Positions 30,845 through 40,100 of a stretch of 64,000 nucleotides of DNA are shown piece after piece. The notes under the pieces were generated by a model. The model saw nothing but the letters and a program-made list of their open reading frames with translations. It did no database searches and was not told the origin of the DNA. Position 1 is the stretch's first letter; each line of letters starts with the position of its first letter. The stretch lies in NCBI GenBank assembly GCA_040773385.1, contig JAXGWH010000004.1:2105-66104 (forward strand), written 5' to 3'. The position numbers and the translations under genes were made by a program. The stretch comes from Aeriscardovia sp. GTDB taxonomy: Bacteria > Actinomycetota > Actinomycetes > Actinomycetales > Bifidobacteriaceae.

Positions 30845-32466
30845 CACGCCTCCTGCGCCGGGTTCTCGCCGGTTGAACGGGTCGCATCGGCCGTCTCGGC
30901 CTTCGGCAGTTTTTCAGAGGCCATGACCGGCGGCTTTTGTGGGCCCTGGGCGGGCAGGTGCTCGGAGGCGCCGACGCGGTGGCGGCGCCACAGACGGGCC
31001 GCCTTGAGGGCGGTGAGCCGTCCCAGCTCGTCGTAGATGGGCTCGCCGCCGAGCAGGTCATAGACCATGTAGCCCAGCAGCGTCACCACGCCCAGCGGCA
31101 GCAGCTGCGCGTAGGAGGTCATCTCCATGACGAGGAGGATGGCGGTCAGCGGCGCCTTCGTCACCGAGCCGAACAGGCCTGCCATGCCGACGATCGCCAT
31201 GAGCGCCGCATATCCGGGCGTGTCGGCGTGCACGCCCATGGCTACGAGGATCTTCTCCATCCCGAGTCCTGTGAGCGCGCCGAGCACGAGGATCGGCAGG
31301 AAGATGCCGCCGGGCACCCCGGAGCCGTAGGAGAGCTGGGAGCCGATGAGACGGACGAGGAAGAAGAGGACGATGAGGCCGAAGCTGAGCCTGACGCTGT
31401 GCTTGCCGAGGTAGGAGACGAAATCGTTGCCGCCTCCTAGTACCTCGGGCAGGAACAGGCCCACCGGGATCATGAGCACCATCGGCACGAAGGCGCGCAG
31501 GCCCTGGGGGATGCGCAGCGCCGAATAGAGGCCGATGCCCAGTTTGAGCGTCCACTCGTAGAGCTTGGCGATGAGGCCGACCACGAGGGCGACGAGCACG
31601 AGCTGCCAGTAGTCGGAGATCGGCAGTTTTGAGGGGGTGCCGAAGACGAACACCGGCCCCAGCCCGAAGATCTCCTTGGAGACGGTGGTGGAGACGAGCG
31701 CGGCGGCAAGCGAGCAGAATGCCGTCTGGAGGGTGAAGCGGCCGAAGATCTCCTCGACCACGAAGATCATGCCGGCGATGGGGGCGCTGAACGCGGCGGC
31801 AAGCCCCGCGGCGGCGCCGGCGGCGACGAGCTCCTTGCGGTTGCGGCGCGTGGTGTGGCTCAGGTTGCCCATGCCCATGCCCACGGCGGCGCCGATCTGC
31901 ACGGACGGGCCCTCGCGGCCAAGGAACAGGCCGGGCGCGAAGGCGAGGAGGCCGCCGAGGATCTTGCCCCACAGCACCCTCCACCAGTGGAAGAAGATGG
32001 GCTGGGAGGAGCGCAGGCGCAGCTCGACCATAGGGATGCCCGAGCCGGAGATGGCCGGCTCGTGGCGCACCATGAGGGCGAGGACCACCGAGATGACGAG
32101 GCTGACGGCGGCGATGACGGCGATCATCCACCAGTGGCCGTCGCGTGTGAAGGCATAGAGGCGGCGCAGCTGCGGGACCATCGCCCCGACGGCCCAGCGG
32201 AACGCGGAGACGACAAGACCGACGAGCAGGCCGAGGACCAGCGACCAGCCGAACAGACGCGCCGAGACGGAGTGGTGGCGGAAGCGGCGCAGCTCGTCGC
32301 CCACCGCGTCGACCGGGTGGCGGCGCACGGCCGACCAGAAGTACTGGGCGTGGGACTGCTCGAAGGGGTGCTCCCAGCGTTCCTTCGGGGAGCGGCGCAC
32401 GGCCGGCTGGTAGTCATCCCCCACGCCGGCCACATTCGGCCATACCGGCTTTTTGTTGTCTGCCAT
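30844..32466 (-). CDS. ClC-family Cl-/H+ antiporter
   Basis: GSGIP, GREGP, FVVEE, GIFLP and PIY signature motifs. Confidence 0.93.
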   Translation of the reverse strand: MADNKKPVWPNVAGVGDDYQPAVRRSPKERWEHPFEQSHAQYFWSAVRRHPVDAVGDELRRFRHHSVSARLFGWSLVLGLLVGLVVSAFRWAVGAMVPQLRRLYAFTRDGHWWMIAVIAAVSLVISVVLALMVRHEPAISGSGIPMVELRLRSSQPIFFHWWRVLWGKILGGLLAFAPGLFLGREGPSVQIGAAVGMGMGNLSHTTRRNRKELVAAGAAAGLAAAFSAPIAGMIFVVEEIFGRFTLQTAFCSLAAALVSTTVSKEIFGLGPVFVFGTPSKLPISDYWQLVLVALVVGLIAKLYEWTLKLGIGLYSALRIPQGLRAFVPMVLMIPVGLFLPEVLGGGNDFVSYLGKHSVRLSFGLIVLFFLVRLIGSQLSYGSGVPGGIFLPILVLGALTGLGMEKILVAMGVHADTPGYAALMAIVGMAGLFGSVTKAPLTAILLVMEMTSYAQLLPLGVVTLLGYMVYDLLGGEPIYDELGRLTALKAARLWRRHRVGASEHLPAQGPQKPPVMASEKLPKAETADATRSTGENPAQEA

Positions 32467-32528
32467 AGGCTCCGCTCCTCGCCCTCACCCCGGATTGACG
32501 CTTCTTCCCCGATACTACGCCCAGACGC

Positions 32529-32560
32529 AAAAATCCCCGGCGCCCGAAGGCAGCCGGGGA
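32529..32560 (-). terminator. Intrinsic terminator downstream of groES
   Basis: tccccggc...gccgggga stem followed by ttttt on minus strand. Confidence 0.65.
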
Positions 32561-32722
32561 CAGCGCCGCTCCCGGAGACCGATCCGTCTGTCCGCCTGTG
32601 GGCATTTGCGGAAGAATCAGCAGGATATCAGCGCACGCTCTGTGCTGTGTGCCCGTGTGACGGTTCCTCGACGGCCGCCCGGATGCTTGCGCCCGTGGCC
32701 GTCTCGGACATCACACGATCCG

Positions 32723-33016
32723 TCACTGCAGGATCGCGAGGATGTCGCGCGCGGAGACGATGAGATATTCCTCGCCCTTGTAGGTGAGCTGGGTGCCGCC
32801 GTACTTGCTGTAGAGCACCTGGTCGCCGACCTTGACGTCGACGGGGATGCGCTCGCCCTTGTCATCGCGACGGCCGGGGCCGACGGCGAGGACCTCGCCC
32901 TGCTGCGGCTTCTCCTTGGCGGTGTCCGGGATGACGAGCCCGGACGCGGTGGTCGTCTCGGCAGGGGCCTGCTTGATGATGACCTTGTCTTCCAATGGCT
33001 TGAGTGCGATTGCCAC
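32723..33016 (-). CDS. groES: Co-chaperonin GroES
   Basis: LKPLEDKV...[24 protein letters not shown]...YSKYGGT. Confidence 0.99.
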   Translation of the reverse strand: MAIALKPLEDKVIIKQAPAETTTASGLVIPDTAKEKPQQGEVLAVGPGRRDDKGERIPVDVKVGDQVLYSKYGGTQLTYKGEEYLIVSARDILAILQ

Positions 33017-33103
33017 TGTAAGCCTCCTTGTTGATGAGTCTTTTGCCTCGTTCGGCGGCTGACGAACGCCTCCCGCGGTTCCGGTAGACAGCTTAGCACG
33101 TAT

Positions 33104-33130
33104 TTAGCACTCTCACGCCACGAGTGCTAA
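33104..33130. promoter_or_regulatory. CIRCE element (HrcA operator)
   Basis: Perfect TTAGCACTC-N9-GAGTGCTAA upstream of groES. Confidence 0.97.
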
Positions 33131-33163
33131 GAGAGAAATCGATGAGAAAAAGTCAGAAGAAAT

Positions 33164-34087
33164 TCAGGAATTTCTGCGGGAGAGGATCGCCGACAGATCG
33201 GACGACAGGCTCTCGTCCCGGCTGCCCCGGCCGTCCGATACGATACCGCCGTCCGACGTGACCCGGCCGTCAGACATGTCGGACCTGTCAGGCATGTCAG
33301 ACATGTCGTTCGTGCACGCATCGGTCATCCCCGGCCGTGACGCGCGACCGTCGCGGACGCGGGCCCGACGATCAGGCACGGTGGCACCGCCATCAGGAAT
33401 CGGAAGTTGGACGGAAGGCGTCACATCGGCGAACACGCGACTGCGCTCCTGGCCGGTGAGCGGCACCGCACGCGCCACCTGCCGGACCGAGCGGATCGGC
33501 AGGCTGATCGGATCCTGCGCCTGGGACTGACCGGGAACCGTGACCGGGGGCTTCCCAAGAACCGTCACCGGGGATCCCACAGGAACCGTGACCGAGGACT
33601 CGGCACGCGCCGCCGCGCGGGAGCGTCGCGCAGAACGTTCGTCGGAGCGCACACGACGCTCGAAACGACGTGTTTTTGCCGAGGAGACCGCCCCCTCGAC
33701 GAGGAGGACGACGAGCGCGGCAAGCGGCAGAAGGCAGAACCACCACGGATACCGGGCGAAGAAGGACACTCCGAGAAGGAGCACGCACACAACGAGCAGG
33801 ACGATGACGGCCGCGCGGCGCCGGCGTACCGCGGCGCGGCGTGCGGCGCGGACAGCGGCGATCTCCTGACGTCTGCGCGCCTGTCGGTCACGCTCCTCCA
33901 GAGCGCCGAGGAGGGATCCCGCCTCCTGGCCCTCGGCTTTGAGCAGACGGGAGCGGTTCTCCCCCGCCCCCCGGCGGCTGCGGGCATGGACGGCGGCCAT
34001 TCTGGCGAGGACCGGCACGAGGGTGACGGCGACGATGGCGAGCGCCGCCATCGCGTCGTTCGTCGGATCCCCCAGCCAGCTGTTCAC
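33164..34087 (-). CDS. Membrane protein with disordered tail (GlpR/SepX-like candidate)
   Basis: N-terminal TM, Arg-rich RRRR followed by two TMs; downstream of RimJ-type GNAT as in actinobacterial glpR loci. Confidence 0.6.
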   Translation of the reverse strand: MNSWLGDPTNDAMAALAIVAVTLVPVLARMAAVHARSRRGAGENRSRLLKAEGQEAGSLLGALEERDRQARRRQEIAAVRAARRAAVRRRRAAVIVLLVVCVLLLGVSFFARYPWWFCLLPLAALVVLLVEGAVSSAKTRRFERRVRSDERSARRSRAAARAESSVTVPVGSPVTVLGKPPVTVPGQSQAQDPISLPIRSVRQVARAVPLTGQERSRVFADVTPSVQLPIPDGGATVPDRRARVRDGRASRPGMTDACTNDMSDMPDRSDMSDGRVTSDGGIVSDGRGSRDESLSSDLSAILSRRNS

Positions 34088-34132
34088 AAAACCGATACTA
34101 GCGTGCGGACAGGGCCTCGGACAGGTCGTCCG

Positions 34133-34882
34133 TCATCGCCGGTCCCGGGTGTCTCCCAGAAGACGCATCTCGCAGGGACGGGCCGCGCAGGCCTCACGGA
34201 ACAGGGGACCGTCGGGACGATAGGACGACTCGGGCACGCCGAGTACGTCGGCGGCCATCATGTCCCACACCTCATGGTCGCGCCAGCGTCCCGCCACATG
34301 CATCCAGGCCGGCCGCACACCCCGGTAGTCGCAGTGGTTTTTCTCGACGACGCGCCGGCTCGCGGCATTGGAAGGCAGCAGATCGATCTCGAGGCGGTTG
34401 AGACGCGGGCCGCTCGGACAGAAGAACGCCCAGTCAGCGGCGACCGCGAGCGCCAGCGGCGCAAAACCGTGCCCCGCCTCGCGCCGGGCGACCCAGTAGC
34501 CGGCGATGGCGCTGCGCAGCGCACCGTAACAGATCGCACCGAGCGAGATCTCCCCGACGAAATGCCCGTCCTGCCGCATGGTGAAGGTGGCGGACTGCCC
34601 CAGCAGCGCGTCACGGTCCATCCCCCGGACCCACTGGCGAAAACTGACCGGCGGGGTGCCGAGCGGATCGGTGGAATCCCAGGGGGCGAGCCAGTCACGG
34701 CTGTCACCGCGCGCCTGGGCCCAGTCTCGCTCGTCATCGGGCGTGTAGGGGGCGAGCACGAAACCCGGCCGCGTCACGCTTTCCAACCGGTCCGGCAGGA
34801 CGAACGGCGGATCGGGCACGCCGAGCAGTCTGCGCAGCCGCGGGTGGCGCAGGAGGACGCCGTCATCAATCTTCAGACCCAC
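34133..34882 (-). CDS. RimJ/RimL-type GNAT N-acetyltransferase
   Basis: WLAPWD, IAGYWV, LNRLEI, NAASRRVVEK, GRWRDH; start uncertain. Confidence 0.9.
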   Translation of the reverse strand: MGLKIDDGVLLRHPRLRRLLGVPDPPFVLPDRLESVTRPGFVLAPYTPDDERDWAQARGDSRDWLAPWDSTDPLGTPPVSFRQWVRGMDRDALLGQSATFTMRQDGHFVGEISLGAICYGALRSAIAGYWVARREAGHGFAPLALAVAADWAFFCPSGPRLNRLEIDLLPSNAASRRVVEKNHCDYRGVRPAWMHVAGRWRDHEVWDMMAADVLGVPESSYRPDGPLFREACAARPCEMRLLGDTRDRR

Positions 34883-35033
34883 TCCCCCATTATCCGCGCA
34901 TCCGTCCCGGGGCGTTTTGCCGGCAGCGCGGCACGGTCCGCAGTCGTGCGGCCCGATGAGATCGTCCTGGGGCACAGGGCCGGCGTGGCCACGCGGATCC
35001 CGGATCCTGCTGATGAGGGATTTGGGAATGAAG

Positions 35034-35072
35034 AATCAGGAATTCTCAATCAGGAATTTCTTAATCAGGAAT
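35034..35072. repeat. Three AATCAGGAAT direct repeats
   Basis: Copies start at 35034, 35048 and 35063 in an AT-rich intergenic patch. Confidence 0.8.
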
Positions 35073-35156
35073 CGTGCTGATCACCGGTGGCGTAGAGCGC
35101 GGCGTTGGACGGTCGCCGAGTAAAATGCCTACGGTTGCCAGCGAAAGGGGTCACAC

Positions 35157-35354
35157 GTGCCGACGTACCGTTACCGTTGCAAGAACTGCGGATACGACTT
35201 CGAGCAGGAGCAGTCGTTCTCCGACGCGCCCCTGACGGTCTGCCCGAAGTGCGGCCAGAAAATGCTGCGCAAGGTGTTCTCCGCGGTGCCGATCGAGTTC
35301 AAAGGCAGCGGTTTCTATCGCACGGACCATTCCTCGGCGTCGCACCACAAGTGA
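35157..35354 (+). CDS. FmdB-family zinc ribbon protein
   Basis: MPTYRYRCKNCG...CPKCG...FKGSGFYRTD. Confidence 0.93.
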   Translation: MPTYRYRCKNCGYDFEQEQSFSDAPLTVCPKCGQKMLRKVFSAVPIEFKGSGFYRTDHSSASHHK

Positions 35355-35458
35355 TCGTTCCCGGGTCCCTCTCCTCCGTTCCGGTTTTTGATTTCCCCAG
35401 TTTTCCACAATCGCGGAACACGCTTTCACGCCTGTCCCCGGCGGTGGAACGTGGGGGT

Positions 35459-36142
35459 ATGAGCACAGATTCGTCCTTTCTTGCCCCGGACGCCCGCCCT
35501 GGTGCGGGCAGACGTGAGGGTCATATTGCCGCCCGTCTCCTCGAGCGTCTGCGGCCGGCGGGTGCGGCCGGACTGTCCGGCATCCGCCGTCCCGGCACCC
35601 TCGAACGCCGTCGACGCCTGCTGCGGCTGCGCAGGCTCGCCATCGCCCTGTGCGCTGCAGGTCTTGTGCTCGGCATCGGTCTTCTGCTCCTGCCCGAGCC
35701 CCGCACGACGGTCATCGTCCCGTCCGCCGACATCCCCCAAGGCAGGCGTCTTGACCGTACCGGCCTGTCCACCAGGCAGATCCCCGAATCGATGGTCGAC
35801 GGGTTTCTGACCGACCGGACATCCGCGAGAGGCTGCATCGCCCGGATCCGTCTGCCCCGCGACCGGCCGGTCCCGCAGACAGCCTGCTCGCATGTGCCGG
35901 CGCTGCGCCGGGGACAGACGATCGTCAGCATCCCGACCTCGCTCACGCCCGACGCCATGGACGTCGGCGCACGGGCGAGCGCGCAGACCGAGGGCTCGGA
36001 TCCGATTCCCGTGGTCCTGTGGGGCTTCGAGACAGGCTCGGACGGGGTCATACGCGCCCGGGTGGCTGTCTCCGCCTCCCGTGCCGGTGACCTTCTCGAT
36101 GCAGCGTCGTCCGGCACCGTCCTGCTCTCGCCCGCGGCGTGA
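35459..36142 (+). CDS. SAF-domain membrane-anchored protein
   Basis: RRRR plus TM helix then ADIPQGRRL; typical fmdB-SAF-mscL order. Confidence 0.65.
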   Translation: MSTDSSFLAPDARPGAGRREGHIAARLLERLRPAGAAGLSGIRRPGTLERRRRLLRLRRLAIALCAAGLVLGIGLLLLPEPRTTVIVPSADIPQGRRLDRTGLSTRQIPESMVDGFLTDRTSARGCIARIRLPRDRPVPQTACSHVPALRRGQTIVSIPTSLTPDAMDVGARASAQTEGSDPIPVVLWGFETGSDGVIRARVAVSASRAGDLLDAASSGTVLLSPAA

Positions 36143-36186
36143 TCGTGACAGACCGCTACGATGGCCTTATCGACCAAGGAGGAGCA

Positions 36187-36843
36187 ATGACCACCACCGT
36201 CCCCGTGTCCACGGCTGACTACCGGCATAAGAAAGTCTTCGAGGGCTTCAAGGAATTCATCTCCCGCGGCAACACGCTCGACATGGCGGTCGGAGTCGTC
36301 ATGGGCAATGCGGTCACCGCGATCGTCAAATCCCTCGTCTCGAACTTCCTCAACCCGCTCATCGCCATGATCTTCGGCAAACCGGATATGAGCGGGCTGC
36401 TGCAGGTGCATTTCAACGGGGCGACGATCTCGTTCGGCGCGATCCTCAACGACATCCTCAATTTCCTGCTCGTCGCCCTCGCCGTCTACTTCTGTGTCAT
36501 CGTGCCCATCAACAAATTCCGCGACCTGACCGACAAGGCGAAGAAGAACCCCGCGGTCAAAAAGATGGAGTTCTGGAAGCATTCCGACAAGGATTCCACA
36601 AATTCTGGCAAGAATTCCGGCACTGGTACGGACACAGAAACCGGCGCAGACACAGATAAAGACGCACAAACGAAGGAGAATCAGGGGGCCGCAGTTACAG
36701 ACGGGGGCACCGGCACAGGTTCGGACGCCGCTCGCCTGCTGGAAGAAAACGCGCAAACACAAAGGCAGATGCTCGATCTGCTCGGCAGGATCAGCGGCCA
36801 GCTCGAGACGCTGGGGGCGTCACAGGACGCATCCGACAAATGA
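36187..36843 (+). CDS. mscL: Large-conductance mechanosensitive channel
   Basis: FKEFISRGNTLDMAVGVVMG...FGAILNDILNFLLVA; long C-terminal tail. Confidence 0.95.
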   Translation: MTTTVPVSTADYRHKKVFEGFKEFISRGNTLDMAVGVVMGNAVTAIVKSLVSNFLNPLIAMIFGKPDMSGLLQVHFNGATISFGAILNDILNFLLVALAVYFCVIVPINKFRDLTDKAKKNPAVKKMEFWKHSDKDSTNSGKNSGTGTDTETGADTDKDAQTKENQGAAVTDGGTGTGSDAARLLEENAQTQRQMLDLLGRISGQLETLGASQDASDK

Positions 36844-36949
36844 CATCGCACAGGCCGCAGGGGACGCTCGCCTCCGGTGATGCCGGCTTCCTGTGGCCGG
36901 GCAGACCAGTCCGATGATGCCAGCCGGTCCTGTCCATCACTGCTGCCGG

Positions 36950-37150
36950 TCAGTCGTGCTCGGAGAAGACGTCCCAGTGCGGAGGGAGCTCGCGCAGGAT
37001 CCTGCGGTCCTCGGCGTCCTGCTGCTGCCGCCGCCGTGTGGTCGAACCGATCTCCTGCGCGTCAAGGGACACATCGCGCGTCTCACCGCCCTTGAGCGTG
37101 GCGCTGCGATGCCGCCGGGGTATACGGCGATGAGGATCGTACTCCGCCAT
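36950..37150 (-). CDS. Small hypothetical protein
   Basis: 66 aa, TGATG-coupled to upstream giant gene; ends DRRILRELPPHW. Confidence 0.7.
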   Translation of the reverse strand: MAEYDPHRRIPRRHRSATLKGGETRDVSLDAQEIGSTTRRRQQQDAEDRRILRELPPHWDVFSEHD

Positions 37151-40100
37151 CAGTCGCGCGCTTTCGGTGTGGGGGCCTCCGATTCCGAGGACCCCGGCCC
37201 GGCTTCTTTCGACGTGCGGGACTGCGGCTTCGGGGCCGTGGGTTCGGGGGTCGTCGGTCCGTCCGGGGTCTTCGGTCCGTCCGGAGTCTGCGCCGCTGGA
37301 TTCTCCGACGTTTCCGACGTGGGAGTCTTTGGCGCGGGTGCCGGTGCGTCCGGTCCGTCATGACCGGCGAGCAGGTCGGATATTGATCCCTGCGCCGGGG
37401 CAGGCCCGCCGGAAGCGGCCAGGGTCGGACCATGATCAGCGTCATCAGCGCCGTCATGCGCGGCATCAGAGGCCTTGGAATGTCCGACATCGGGACGTGA
37501 AGAAGCCGAACGTCCGGAGGGGGCGGCCGACAGCCCGTCACGCGGATCCTGTTCCGACGAAGCGGGTGCCGGGATGTTCTCCGGGCCGATGGCGGCGAGG
37601 ATCTCTGCGACGACGGCATCCGGGTTGATGAACGTGCCGACCGACCAGGCGGTGAGCACCCGCCAGCCGTGCCGCTCCAGACGGCCGGGCAGCAGACGGA
37701 ACCGGTAGCGCAGGCTCTTCTCGTCCATGAACCGCGCGTTGTCGGTCATCACCGCCCACCGGTAGCCCAGTTTCGGCGTGCCGACGGCCAGCGGCAGACA
37801 GACACAGTCTTTGAAGCCGTACCCCACGGCGGCCATGACGCCGCGTTCTCGCAGACGTCGTGCGAGGTCACGCATCAGCACGCCCTCCTGATCAGGGTGC
37901 TGGGTGGCGCCCTCCCCTGTCGCGCCGAGAGACTCGGCCCAGCGCAGGAGCATCTTGAGCACACGCGGACCCGCCTCGTGCAGACGCTCGTCCTGCATGT
38001 CAGAGGAGGAGAAGGCGGAGACGATGGTCAGGTCCCCGCCGGTCAGGCTGAGCGCGTCGAGCAGCAGCCGGTCGCCGCCCTCCTGCTCGAGCAGCCCGAA
38101 CTGCTGCAGGAGCACGCCGTGCATGGTCGGTGCGAAGCCGATGGAGAGGATCACATCCCCCACGGGCGCGCCGGCGCTGTGGGCAATGGTGGTGACAAGC
38201 ACCGAGGGCAGGAACGAGCGCAGATCGCTCGACTTGCGGGCGGCCTGGGCGAGGGAGCGGCGCAGCAGCCCGGCGTCGTACTCGTTGAGGGTGAAGACGG
38301 TGAGCGGACGGACGATGCGTGATCCTGCCTGCCTGCCACGCTCGACGGCGGTGGCGATGACCCGGCGCGTGACCTCCTCCACCTCGGCGGACGAGGATTC
38401 CACAAGACCCGAAGGGCCCGAGGGTATGCCCTTCGCGCTCACACGCACGAGGTTGACCCGGCCGGCGGAAGGACCGGCACCGGGCATGAGACGCGCGCCC
38501 TGACCCCTGCGGGAGAGGAATGCGGCGAGCGCCGTGGGCATGTCGGCGGGATCCTGCCCCGCCGGCACGGTGGGCAGGACGGAGGCCAGCCGGACCGCGG
38601 CACCCCCGGTGAGCGCGTCCTTGTGGGCGATGAGGACGCACGAATCGGCGGCCTCGAGCGCGACGAGCATCTCCGCCGACGGCATGTGCGTGGCACCGGC
38701 CAGAATGACGAGATCCGCCGTGCGTCCCTCGAATGGTTCGAGTGCGAGCCGTGCGGCGGTCGCGACGACGATCGGCTTGGCCGCCCAGGTGAGGGTCGGC
38801 CGCTCGCGCAACAGCCGCGAGGCGGTCACCCCCGTCTCGCGGCGCAGGAGGTCATGCAGCTGGTTGGCGTCATGGCTGTGTTTGTAGAGCAGCTCGGAGA
38901 GCCTGCGCCGGTTTTCTTTGAGCAGCAGTGGGCCGATGGTGGCCACATGCCGGCGGTCGACGGTGCGGAAACGCTCGACCGCCTCGCGCAGCACGGCATC
39001 GTCCTGGTCGGCGATGGTGCGCGAGGTCTGCACGATCGACTCGAACACGGTGGTCCACCAGGAAAGCCGCAGCTCGTCCGGAGCGGCCTGCGCGTCGACA
39101 CGCCGGTCGATGAGGTCGGTGAGCAGATCGGACAGGCCCTCCTGGCGCAACTGCCGGTCGAGGCGCATGAGCTCGGGCAGGTCGGCAAGACGGCCACGGT
39201 CGGCATAAAGGGCACGCAGCCGCGTGTCGACATCCACGAACGTGCTCTCGGACAGCGGGCGGGTCCCGGGCGTGGTGACAAGAACGGTGTCAAGGGCGGT
39301 GAGGTCCTGGTTCATCTGCTCGAACGTGGCGACGATCTCGTCCAGCCCGTCGGGCAGGACGGGCCAGCCGCCGGAGGGGACGAGCTTCCTCCACCGCTCC
39401 CCCTGGCGGGCGACCACCTCGAGGGTGTCGTGCAGGTTCTCCGGTTTCTGGCCTGGATGCAGACAGTGCCTCACATCACGGATGGCCCGCCGCCGCGCCC
39501 AGAAGCCCATGCGCACGCCGGCCTGCGCGCGCTGCTTGCGGGTGAGCGTGGCGTCGAGCGCCGTTGTGAGGTCCTGTTCGAAGATCTCGGGACGGAACAG
39601 ATCGAGCACGCGGCGCAGGCTCTGCAGCACCGAGATCTGCGAACCCCATTCCTCCACGCTCTGCGCGACCACGAAACCACAGGTGCGCACGGTGCGCGAG
39701 AGCTGCTCGCGGACGGTGGGCAGCGTCTGGTCGAGCAGACGGCGGACGCGTTCCTGTGCTTGGGCGGCCTCCTCGTTCGTGTACAGACGGGCCCCGTACC
39801 ACGGGGTGTCGGAGGGGCGCAGCGTGTATTCGCCCAGCTCGCCGAGGCGTACGAGCGCGCTGCCTGTGGTCTCAAGCCGGCCGCGCAGATTCTTCGCGCT
39901 CTCCTGTGAGAGCCTCACCCTCGTGCGTGGTTTGCTCGGCAGGGCGGAGACGGAGGCGAGCTGCTCGATGGATTGGTAGGCGGACACGTTCCATGGCCGC
40001 ACCGGGCGATGGAGGCTGTCGAAATACGAATCGAGCCGCGAGCGCACCCCCACAAGCTCGTCGGCGGTGCGGTTGAAATCAGTGACGGCGGTCGACCTGC

